Assembly: GCA_963716185.1 (NCBI GenBank)
Contig: OY970295.1
Span: 780,078 to 844,077, forward strand
Length of the DNA: 64,000 bases
Direction of reading: 5' to 3'
DNA from: Thermodesulfovibrionales bacterium
Lineage (GTDB): Bacteria > Nitrospirota > Thermodesulfovibrionia > Thermodesulfovibrionales > SM23-35
Under the pieces are notes generated by a model, which did no database searches, was not told the DNA's origin, and saw only the letters and a list, made by a program, of their open reading frames with translations. Below are positions 1-8,129 of the stretch, piece after piece. The translations under genes and the position numbers were made by a program. How positions within the stretch are numbered: position 1 is the first letter of the stretch; every line of letters starts with the position of its first letter.

Positions 1-84
1 AGTATGGTACTAAAGCATTCCTTATAGGCATTCTATCACTTATGCCCTCCCATTGAACGGATTACACCCGTCCGCATTTTTCCC

Positions 85-114
85 TTGACAGAATCTCGAT
101 AAAGATGGTATAAG
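85..114 (+). promoter_or_regulatory. possible sigma70-type promoter upstream of the cytochrome cluster
   Basis: TTGACA (85-90), 18-nt spacer, TATAAG (109-114), about 85 nt upstream of the ATG at 199. Sequence match only. Confidence 0.3.
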
Positions 115-198
115 TTAACGCTGATATTAATATGCATATCGTTTTGTCATCGAAGAGGTTATCTCAAGTTTATAAAATTTATAAGGGGGTATGGAATA

Positions 199-1062
199 AT
201 GAAAATAACCCGGTTCTTTAGGAATAAGAGGAATAATGCTAAACGACTTTTGTCTTTTGTTGCCTTCTTCGGGTTTCTATCTGTACTGTTATTGAGTCAC
301 TTCGTTCTGAAAGAAAGTTTTGCGCAGGAAGAGGCGGCGAAAGCTGCTGCTCAGCTGTCTGATGCTGATTGCGTAAAATGTCACTCAGCCGTGGTGGGAA
401 CAGTTGACAGTAAAGGCGGGAAGCATAAGACCGCTGTGACCTGCATGGGTTGCCACAAAGGCCACCCGCCTATGGTAAGCAAGGAAGATATTATTCCCGC
501 CTGCAGTATGTGCCATGCGGGCAAACCCCATTATGAAATCGGAGGCTGCAGTACATGCCATTCCGATCCCCATGCTCCTTTGCAGATGAAATTAGCTGCA
601 AACCTTACAGCCCCCTGTCTATCCTGCCATGACAAACAGGGCAAAGAGCTCAAAGAACATCAGACCCTTCATTCAAAGCTGTTCTGTACCACCTGCCACA
701 AAGAGCATAAACAAGTACCTTCGTGTCTGCAATGCCATCAGTCCCATTCGCCTGAAATGGTTAACAAGGACTGTATTGCATGCCATCCGGCCCATCAGCC
801 GCGCACAATCACATACGGGCAGGATATGCCTTCTAAACTTTGTTCCTCGTGTCATAAGGTCATATACGACACTCTTACCGGCGTTGAGACCAAACATGCC
901 AAATTAACCTGTGTCTTCTGCCATAAAGATAAACACGGATACGTTCCTGCTTGTGAAACATGTCATGGAACGCCTCATCCCACAGCAATGCTTGAGCATT
1001 TCCCGAAATGCATAATGTGTCACATAAGTGCACATAGTTTAGGAAAGGAGGCTAAAAAGTAA
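199..1062 (+). CDS. dodecaheme c-type cytochrome with N-terminal signal or anchor
   Basis: 12 CXXCH motifs (CVKCH through CIMCH) arranged as three tetraheme repeats, plus at least 12 further His as candidate distal ligands. Basic then hydrophobic N-terminus. SD-like AAGGGGG about 9 nt upstream of the ATG. Confidence 0.9.
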   Translation: MKITRFFRNKRNNAKRLLSFVAFFGFLSVLLLSHFVLKESFAQEEAAKAAAQLSDADCVKCHSAVVGTVDSKGGKHKTAVTCMGCHKGHPPMVSKEDIIPACSMCHAGKPHYEIGGCSTCHSDPHAPLQMKLAANLTAPCLSCHDKQGKELKEHQTLHSKLFCTTCHKEHKQVPSCLQCHQSHSPEMVNKDCIACHPAHQPRTITYGQDMPSKLCSSCHKVIYDTLTGVETKHAKLTCVFCHKDKHGYVPACETCHGTPHPTAMLEHFPKCIMCHISAHSLGKEAKK

Positions 1063-1988
1063 TGGATCGTACTAAAAAAGCTGTCTTACTGCTTACGGGA
1101 AGCATATTGTTATTATTCGTTGTCCTGGCCTGCGCATCCCAACAAGTAGCTCCTGTAGCAGAAAAACCCGAAGCCGCTGCTGCCCCTAAACAAGAGGCTG
1201 TGGCCCCAAAGCCGGAACCCGCTCCCCCGCCGAAGCCTGCATCTCCCTATGCTGTTGAGGTGACTCCGCTGACGACTACTGATTGCGCACGCTGTCATTT
1301 ATCTGTCTTCAACCAGATCAAAAATGAGGGCGGCAAACATAAAATCGACTGCACACAGTGCCATACGGTATATCATGTATACAATCCGGTAAAGCAGAAC
1401 TGGGATCAGATTATGCCCAAGTGCCAGACCTGTCACGGGCTTATCCACGGCGACAAATTCGCATCCTGCCTGGCATGTCACTCAAACCCTCATGCTCCCA
1501 AGACCCAGATGGCAATGACTCCGGAGTTCGGAAAGGTCTGCGGTGACTGTCACGCCAAAGTCAGCGAGATACTGCTGAAGAACCCGAGCAAACATACGAA
1601 AGTGCAGTGTATGCAATGTCATCACGACAAACACGGATATATTCCTTCCTGTATGGAATGCCATAAGCCTCATACTTCGGACCAGACTGTTAAAGACTGT
1701 TTGGCCTGTCACCCGGCGCATGAACCTCTCAAGATCGCTTATCCCGACACTACAAAGAACGAAGTCTGTGGCGCGTGCCATAGTCAGGTCTATAACAAGA
1801 TCAAGACGACCACGAGCAAACACGGTCTGGTTGCATGTGCAAAATGCCATATAAGGCACAGATATATTCCCAAATGCGAAGAATGTCATGGTAAACCTCA
1901 TGGTGAGGTGGTAATGAAGAAATTCCCCAACTGTCTGCAATGCCATGTAGATGCGCATGACTTGCCTTCTAAAGGCGGGAAGAAATAA
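1062..1988 (+). CDS. dodecaheme c-type cytochrome, lipoprotein with Pro/Ala-rich tether
   Basis: 12 CXXCH motifs with the same module order as the upstream paralog. Lipobox-like LLFVVLAC, then the linker VAPVAEKPEAAAAPKQEAVAPKPEPAPPPKP. Its ATG overlaps the upstream stop (TAATG at 1060-1064). Confidence 0.9.
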   Translation: MDRTKKAVLLLTGSILLLFVVLACASQQVAPVAEKPEAAAAPKQEAVAPKPEPAPPPKPASPYAVEVTPLTTTDCARCHLSVFNQIKNEGGKHKIDCTQCHTVYHVYNPVKQNWDQIMPKCQTCHGLIHGDKFASCLACHSNPHAPKTQMAMTPEFGKVCGDCHAKVSEILLKNPSKHTKVQCMQCHHDKHGYIPSCMECHKPHTSDQTVKDCLACHPAHEPLKIAYPDTTKNEVCGACHSQVYNKIKTTTSKHGLVACAKCHIRHRYIPKCEECHGKPHGEVVMKKFPNCLQCHVDAHDLPSKGGKK

Positions 1989-2006
1989 ACGCTACTTGTA
2001 TTGCTC

Positions 2007-2046
2007 AAAACCCCGGGAGTTGTTAACTCCCGGGGTTTTTAATTTT
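2007..2046 (+). terminator. rho-independent terminator after the dodecaheme pair
   Basis: Stem AAAACCCCGGGAGT / loop TGTT / ACTCCCGGGGTTTT, followed by a T-rich tract, 19 nt after the stop at 1988. Confidence 0.7.
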
Positions 2047-2188
2047 TCGAGATCTTCATTACTGGCACCTGATTAATCCGAAAATGATTATATTTCACAA
2101 TTTCTTCATAATTCCTTCGTCACCTCTTCATAATCTTTTTATATCCTAAGGTTAATGAATAGAATTGATTCAAAAATAGATATTAATA

Positions 2189-2218
2189 TTGACAAGCTTC
2201 GACCGATAAATTTAGAAT
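2189..2218 (+). promoter_or_regulatory. possible sigma70-type promoter for the downstream six genes
   Basis: TTGACA (2189-2194), 18-nt spacer, TAGAAT (2213-2218), about 45 nt upstream of the start at 2261/2264. Confidence 0.35.
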
Positions 2219-2260
2219 AAATAAATTTTATATGAAAAAGACTTCTTTCTCGACAATAAA

Positions 2261-3076
2261 TTGATGTCGGCAAAAATAAAGATACTTAACCTTCTTGCTC
2301 TCCTGGTTGTTCTGAGTTTTTTATTCATTATTGCAGGACCATTTGCCATTCAGACTTATTCCGCTCAGGAGAGTCCTTGTCTGGGGTGCCACTCCGATCT
2401 TAAGAAGCCTACAAAGAGTGTCCATGCGACGATGGCAATGGGATGCGAAACATGCCACAAGCCTGTGGAAGGTAAAAGCCATCCTGACCAGAAAGGCAGT
2501 ATGAAATTGACACAGGACGTGCCCGGGCTTTGTTATAACTGTCACGACCAGTCGAAATTCACCAAGGGTAAATCGGGTCATACTGTTGTGGGTATGTGTA
2601 CGGGGTGCCATAATCCCCATGCCTCAAATTCAGACAAGTTATTGAAGGCTGATCAACCCGAGCTCTGCTATGCCTGCCACGAGAAGTCAAAATTCGCAAA
2701 AAAGCATGTTCATTCGATAATCGCTGCCGGCGGATGCACATCATGCCATACTCCGCATATATCAAACAACCATGCGCTTCTTTTATCTAATGACATAAAT
2801 GAATTATGTAAAACTTGTCATGCGGGCAAGGATGGAAGACATATAGTTGCAATTCCGGGGAAAAGGATCCATCCCATTACGGGGAAGGACCCCTCAACTT
2901 TAACTATGATAAAGGTGCCGGACCCCGCGAGGCCGGGAAAAGAGATGGAAGTGCCGGATCCTAAGAATCCGGGAAAAGATATAACCTGTACAACCTGTCA
3001 TGACCCGCACAGTTCGGATTTTGCCAATCTTTTTCCACAAAAGAATATGTGCGCCAAGTGCCATAAATACTATTAA
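2261..3076 (+). CDS. nonaheme c-type cytochrome (paired-CXXCH type)
   Basis: 9 CXXCH motifs with the repeated pattern LCxxCH...K..H...CxxCHxPH. N-terminal signal peptide. TTG at 2261 or ATG at 2264. Confidence 0.9.
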   Translation: MMSAKIKILNLLALLVVLSFLFIIAGPFAIQTYSAQESPCLGCHSDLKKPTKSVHATMAMGCETCHKPVEGKSHPDQKGSMKLTQDVPGLCYNCHDQSKFTKGKSGHTVVGMCTGCHNPHASNSDKLLKADQPELCYACHEKSKFAKKHVHSIIAAGGCTSCHTPHISNNHALLLSNDINELCKTCHAGKDGRHIVAIPGKRIHPITGKDPSTLTMIKVPDPARPGKEMEVPDPKNPGKDITCTTCHDPHSSDFANLFPQKNMCAKCHKYY

Positions 3077-3082
3077 TTTACC

Positions 3083-4120
3083 ATGCCGAGGACAAAAAAT
3101 ATGCGTAAATATTTCTTCTACACCATAATCTATTCCGCACTATTAATTTTTCTTGGTTGCGCAACCTCCTCTTCTTTGCCGTCAAAACCGACTGGAAATT
3201 ACGTGTGGCCCACTCCGCCCGCAACCCCTCGCGTTAAATGGGTAACACAGTGGTCGGACAGATACGACTTTGGAAGGCCGAGTCACGTTATGGAAATGCT
3301 TATAGGCAAGGAGCGCGTTGAGAAACTAAGAAGACCGAGCGGTATTGTATCGGACAACGCAGGGAATGTCTATGTTTCCGACTCGGAGATCCGTATAATA
3401 TTTGTTTTCGATGTGGAAAAAAATGTGCTGAGGTTTTTAGGTATGGGATCTCTCGGCGGCCCCACAGGACTTGCCATAGACAACAATAGGGGTATTATAT
3501 TTGCTTCGGACACCAGATTGGACAAGGTTTTCGGCATTAATAAAGTCACGGGTGACATTGTGATGTCCATAGGTGGCCCCGGGGAATTTAGACGTCCTTC
3601 CGGCTTGGCTTATGATGAGCAGAGAAACAGGCTTTATGTTGCAGACACCCAAAACCATGCAATTAAAGTCTTTGATAAAGACGGACGACCTCTTTTCACC
3701 ATAGGAAAAAGAGGAGCGGAGAACGGTGAATTCAACTATCCGACTTTCCTCGCCCTCGACAAAGCCGGAAGACTCTACGTGGACGACTCCTTTAATTTCC
3801 GGGTTCAGATATTTGATGCCGAAGGGAAATTCCTAAAAAAATTCGGGAAATTGGGTGATTCTTCAGGTTATTTCACCAGGCCCCAGGGAATCGGGGTAGA
3901 TTCGGAAGGCCATATATATGTGGCCGATTCCTCGTTTAATAATTTCCAGATATTCGACGAAAATGGCAGACTGCTGCTGTGGGTCGGAAATACGGGGACA
4001 AAGCCTGGGGAGTTTTACATTCCCGCAGGGCTGTTTGTTGATAAGAACGATAGGATTTATGTTGCGGACACGTTTAACGGAAGAGCCCAGGTTTTTCAAT
4101 ATTTAAAAACAGCAAAATGA
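3083..4120 (+). CDS. NHL-repeat beta-propeller lipoprotein
   Basis: Repeated blades of the type P.G.A.D..G.IYV.D..N.R.Q.F. Lipobox LIFLGC. 6-nt gap from the upstream cytochrome. Confidence 0.85.
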   Translation: MPRTKNMRKYFFYTIIYSALLIFLGCATSSSLPSKPTGNYVWPTPPATPRVKWVTQWSDRYDFGRPSHVMEMLIGKERVEKLRRPSGIVSDNAGNVYVSDSEIRIIFVFDVEKNVLRFLGMGSLGGPTGLAIDNNRGIIFASDTRLDKVFGINKVTGDIVMSIGGPGEFRRPSGLAYDEQRNRLYVADTQNHAIKVFDKDGRPLFTIGKRGAENGEFNYPTFLALDKAGRLYVDDSFNFRVQIFDAEGKFLKKFGKLGDSSGYFTRPQGIGVDSEGHIYVADSSFNNFQIFDENGRLLLWVGNTGTKPGEFYIPAGLFVDKNDRIYVADTFNGRAQVFQYLKTAK

Positions 4121-4339
4121 GTGCCCAGCGGGCCTGATTCACCGCAGGTCCATAAAATAAAGATCTGTCTCACCGGATAGATTTGATTCTTCCCTGGTAT
4201 TTTTTTCAAAAAATAGCCCGATAATTCTTTATTTTTCAAATTAATAATTCTTATAATAAATAATTTAAGTCTAAAATTGTGGACATTTTTTTAGCAGCTG
4301 CTATTAGGCGATGAAAGGGATGAAAAGGAAAAAATCTTT

Positions 4340-6193
4340 GTGAGTTTAAAACGGACTGTCATCTGTTCTTGCGCTCTTATAGCTGTTATTTTATTTTTAC
4401 GCGGGAAAGCAGCCGCTCAAATGACAACAGAATATCCGACACGATTCAGTCTTTCTGGAGTCATTGAACTTTCCTACAACGATTATTATTATAAATTGCC
4501 TTCAACTGGAGGAAAGAGCGAATACGATACGTCATTCCTTCAACAAACCTATGGACTCGGAGCGAGTGGTTACATACTTCACCCTCGGCTTGCCGTTTTT
4601 GACGTAGGGATATCGTACAACAATGTCACACAGATAGCCGCCGTCAGGGGCCTGAAAACAAATGGTCACGATTTTGGATATCAGGCGACACTTACTCTTC
4701 TCCCTTACAGACCTATTTCGCTGGCCCTTTTTGGAGGCAATACTTCTTATACAATCGCTGAGGCGCCTTTCGGCACTCAAGACAGAAGTACAAAATATTA
4801 CGGCGCTAGATTGACAATCATGAAGCCTTTTCTTCCGTTCATAAGACTTGAGTATAACCATGAAGAAGACGGCCAATTTGGATGGGGGAGAACCCCCGGA
4901 ACAATAAGGACTGATGAATATACACTTGACTTCCGGGGAAATTTGAATTTCCTGCATTCCATATATACGGGAATCATACAGTATACGAATTTTTCGGGAC
5001 AAGATATAAAATATAAAGCCAAAGATATACGGTTAAATATAAATAGTGCCATAAAAGAGGGTGTCTATCTGCAGAACTCTTTTAATTATGATGAGATCGA
5101 TTTCTCCAAACTGCTAAGCTTCACCAGCCAGCTTGATATTAACCACAGTCAGACTTTTAATCAGAATTACGGCTATACTTTTTATCGCTCCGAGGAGATT
5201 ACGGCAGGTGTCCCGGCACAGGGGATCCCCGGACAAAATAACAAAGAAACCATTAATTCCATTACAGGCTCATGGACCTACAGATTTGTCAACGGTCCGT
5301 CCAGTTCTCTTTCCCTCAATTACGGCACGCGTAATGAGAGTGACGGCAGTATTAGCAACCATGCGAAGTTCTATGGTATTAGTTTTAGCTTGAGCTACTC
5401 AAAATCTTTTTTGGGCATGAACTTTTCTCCGGACTACAGACTTATTATCAGAAAAGATAACCTTAAGGGAAATCTTCTGGAAAACAATCTTGAGCTTAAT
5501 CTTGTAACAAAAAATTTGAAGTGGGGGACATTGTATTCGAACTACTCCCTTACTATCTCTCATGAGAAGGATATATCTCAGCCCTTATTACAGGATCAGG
5601 CTATTGATACTGGCGCGGCTATTGAAACACACGTCACCAAGATCGACAGTACATTACATGCCTTAAGGACAGGCATAAGGGGTAGAGGTGTAGGAACAAG
5701 ATTGTCGAGGGCCCAATGGAATCTGGAAGCCGAAGTTTTTTACTCGAACGCAACAATAGTGAGACAAATACCGCAGTCTTCTTCCGATACGTCTGATACC
5801 TCTACGACGCAGACTGAGACGATAAAACAAAATATCAATCGTTACAGCCTCCTTGGGAATGTCTCCTACCCTATCGGATGGGCTACAGTTTTTTTCAGTT
5901 CAGGCTATTCCATAGGAAAATCTAATTCGCAAAGTCTTAGACGATTTTTCTATGAGGAACGGATCGCTTATCCAGTTTTCAGAAACCTGCGCCTTTTTGT
6001 GACATGGAAGGAGTTGTGGGATAACATTGCTGATACTCCCACCCAGAGGGTGGACGAATACTCCATAAGTGCTGAATACAGGATAGGGCAGACCACCATT
6101 AGCGCGGATGGAACAGTTCTAAAGACAACAGTTGATGGTCAAGAGATAAATGTCAGAAGATTCTTTCTTAGATTCAGGAGAGTTTTATTTTGA
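4340..6193 (+). CDS. predicted outer-membrane beta-barrel protein, no recognised family
   Basis: GTG start. Signal peptide ending AAAQ. More than 20 short alternating hydrophobic/polar segments rich in Y/F/N/S/T. C-terminus ...RFRRVLF with terminal Phe, typical of OMPs. I recognised no catalytic motif. Confidence 0.6.
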   Translation: MSLKRTVICSCALIAVILFLRGKAAAQMTTEYPTRFSLSGVIELSYNDYYYKLPSTGGKSEYDTSFLQQTYGLGASGYILHPRLAVFDVGISYNNVTQIAAVRGLKTNGHDFGYQATLTLLPYRPISLALFGGNTSYTIAEAPFGTQDRSTKYYGARLTIMKPFLPFIRLEYNHEEDGQFGWGRTPGTIRTDEYTLDFRGNLNFLHSIYTGIIQYTNFSGQDIKYKAKDIRLNINSAIKEGVYLQNSFNYDEIDFSKLLSFTSQLDINHSQTFNQNYGYTFYRSEEITAGVPAQGIPGQNNKETINSITGSWTYRFVNGPSSSLSLNYGTRNESDGSISNHAKFYGISFSLSYSKSFLGMNFSPDYRLIIRKDNLKGNLLENNLELNLVTKNLKWGTLYSNYSLTISHEKDISQPLLQDQAIDTGAAIETHVTKIDSTLHALRTGIRGRGVGTRLSRAQWNLEAEVFYSNATIVRQIPQSSSDTSDTSTTQTETIKQNINRYSLLGNVSYPIGWATVFFSSGYSIGKSNSQSLRRFFYEERIAYPVFRNLRLFVTWKELWDNIADTPTQRVDEYSISAEYRIGQTTISADGTVLKTTVDGQEINVRRFFLRFRRVLF

Positions 6194-7278
6194 GACTTTA
6201 TAACCTGCGCTTTGAAGGCTACAAGTTAAAAAGATTTTTTGTCTTTTTGCAATTTATTTTTCCTATATTACTGATGGCCGCGGCATGCGCTGCTCCTGAA
6301 GTCAGAGATATCAACACACTCCCGGCAGAACAAGATTCGGGTCCGGTTTGGCCTCAACCGCCCCAGACTCCAAGGATAAAGTTTGTTGGAACAGTTTCAG
6401 GGCCTGCTGATGTGGGGATAAAAAAATCATGGTTTAGAAAAACCATGGATAACATCCTGGGCAAAAAGGAGACGGTCGGAATAATGTTGAGGCCTTATGG
6501 TGTCTTCGCCGACGCCGACAGAATCTATGTGACTGATCCGGGGATTTCTCTATTGCACGTTATCGACCTGACGAAAAAACAATATTTCCAGATAAAAAAA
6601 GCGGGGGAAGAGATGCTTATATCTCCAATAGGTGTAGCAGTTGATGAATACGCCAATATCTATCTCACTGATTCCGCATTAAAAAAGGTCTTTGTATTTG
6701 ATAAAAAAGGTAAGTTCCTGAGAGAGATAGGTTCCCCTGAACTTTTCTTGAGACCAACAGGCGTCGCTGTTAACGAAGACAGAATTTACGCAATCGATAC
6801 CCTTGGTCACAAAATATTGGTATTTTCAAAAAAAAATGGGAAACTATTATTCCGTTTCGGCAAGAGGGGTACGGGAAAAGCCGAATTTAACTATCCCACA
6901 AATATCTTTATCGGGAAGGATGGTTTTATCTATATAACCGATTCCTTAAACTTCAGGGTCCAGATATTTGACAGGGACGGCAATTTTATAACTGCTTTCG
7001 GAAAGCAGGGTGACGGCTCAGGAGACTTTTCACAACCGAAAGGTATCGCGGTTGATTCTGAAGGACATATTTATGTTGCCGATGCTCATTTCGATAATGT
7101 CCAGATTTTTGACCGGGATGGCAATCTACTTTTAAGCTTTGGAGACACAGGGCGGGGGAAAGGAGAGATGGTGCTTCCCGCCGGTGTCTTTATAGACAGC
7201 CGGGACCGAATTTATGTGGCAGATTCCTATAATAATAGGGTACAGATATTTCAGTATTTAAAAAATCAGAAGCAGTAA
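6190..7278 (+). CDS. NHL-repeat beta-propeller lipoprotein, paralog of 3083-4120
   Basis: NHL blades. Lipobox LLMAAAC. TTG start overlapping the barrel stop (TTGA at 6190-6193). The C-terminal half is very similar to the first NHL protein. Confidence 0.85.
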   Translation: MRLYNLRFEGYKLKRFFVFLQFIFPILLMAAACAAPEVRDINTLPAEQDSGPVWPQPPQTPRIKFVGTVSGPADVGIKKSWFRKTMDNILGKKETVGIMLRPYGVFADADRIYVTDPGISLLHVIDLTKKQYFQIKKAGEEMLISPIGVAVDEYANIYLTDSALKKVFVFDKKGKFLREIGSPELFLRPTGVAVNEDRIYAIDTLGHKILVFSKKNGKLLFRFGKRGTGKAEFNYPTNIFIGKDGFIYITDSLNFRVQIFDRDGNFITAFGKQGDGSGDFSQPKGIAVDSEGHIYVADAHFDNVQIFDRDGNLLLSFGDTGRGKGEMVLPAGVFIDSRDRIYVADSYNNRVQIFQYLKNQKQ

Positions 7279-7323
7279 CAAATAGTATAAATTTGACTGC
7301 AGGAGAAGACTAAAAATGCGCGG

Positions 7324-8115
7324 ATGCCGGATGCTCAAGAGATTACGATTAATATGTCTATATACAGTATAATAAAAGTTGTAAGTATGAGATTGAGCGT
7401 GAAAAGAAATGTAGAGTTTTACTCTCTGCTTGTTGCATTTTATATATTTTTAACTCCTCTTCTTGTTTATGCCGGTGTCGGCTCTACCAAGCATAACCTC
7501 TCTATTTCGGGTCCGGGCGCCGCAAAAGCGACACGTGAAACAGAAGTGTGTAAATTCTGTCATACGCCGCATAATTCAGATCCTGCCTATCCTTTATGGA
7601 ATCACCAACTTTCGGCGGTACGAAATTACACGCCTTTCGTGAGTGAGACACTGAAGTCATATAGGACGGCAGCAGATGCACCGCCCATTGATGGAATATC
7701 GAAACTCTGTCTCGGCTGCCACGATGGAACAGTTGCTTTAGGGGCGTTGGTTAGTAAAGGAGAAACTGTAGAAACAGTCCCTGAATCGCTGACATTTGGG
7801 ATGGAAGGTTATTTGGGAACAGACCTGTCAGGAGGGCATCCCATATCCATTATTTATGATCAAGCTTTGGTAGACAGCAGAAATTCGGACCCCGATATTA
7901 TGCACCTTAATCCGTTGCCGCTCACTGATAAAGATGTGAAGCTTTATCCCACACAGGGTGGCCGTGGAGTCCAGTGCACGTCGTGCCATGACCCGCATGG
8001 AGGCAAAGGAAATCCCGGTGAACCGCCATTCTGGCAGAAAAAAACTTACGACGAAGTATGTTTGGTGTGCCACGATAAATCGCTGCCCGTCTCGACCCCG
8101 GGAGCCGGACATTGA
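7324..8115 (+). CDS. tetraheme c-type cytochrome (paired-CXXCH type)
   Basis: 4 CXXCH motifs (CKFCH, CLGCH, CTSCH, CLVCH), plus HNLS...CxFCHTPH...PLWN. The true start is probably ATG 7387 (MRLSVKRN... followed by a signal peptide ending VYA). Confidence 0.85.
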   Translation: MPDAQEITINMSIYSIIKVVSMRLSVKRNVEFYSLLVAFYIFLTPLLVYAGVGSTKHNLSISGPGAAKATRETEVCKFCHTPHNSDPAYPLWNHQLSAVRNYTPFVSETLKSYRTAADAPPIDGISKLCLGCHDGTVALGALVSKGETVETVPESLTFGMEGYLGTDLSGGHPISIIYDQALVDSRNSDPDIMHLNPLPLTDKDVKLYPTQGGRGVQCTSCHDPHGGKGNPGEPPFWQKKTYDEVCLVCHDKSLPVSTPGAGH

Positions 8116-8129
8116 GAAGAATCTGAGAT

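Noticed and set aside
385-1958. Several 60-158-aa ORFs in alternative frames or strands inside the dodecaheme cytochrome genes.
   Set aside because: They are nested within ORFs that have 12 regularly spaced CXXCH motifs, and they have no motifs or signals of their own.
4279-4296. A sigma-54-like promoter, TGGACATTTTTTTAGCA, upstream of the barrel gene. A sigma-54 activator is encoded at 37835-39121.
   Set aside because: The GG to GC spacing is 11 nt rather than the canonical 10, and the flanking consensus bases are poor.
7316-7372. An 18-codon upstream ORF (MRGCRMLKRLRLICLYTV) with AGGAGA 9 nt upstream, just before the tetraheme cytochrome gene.
   Set aside because: There is no supporting conservation or known leader-peptide logic. 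It may simply reflect uncertainty about the true start of the cytochrome gene (7324, 7354 or 7387).
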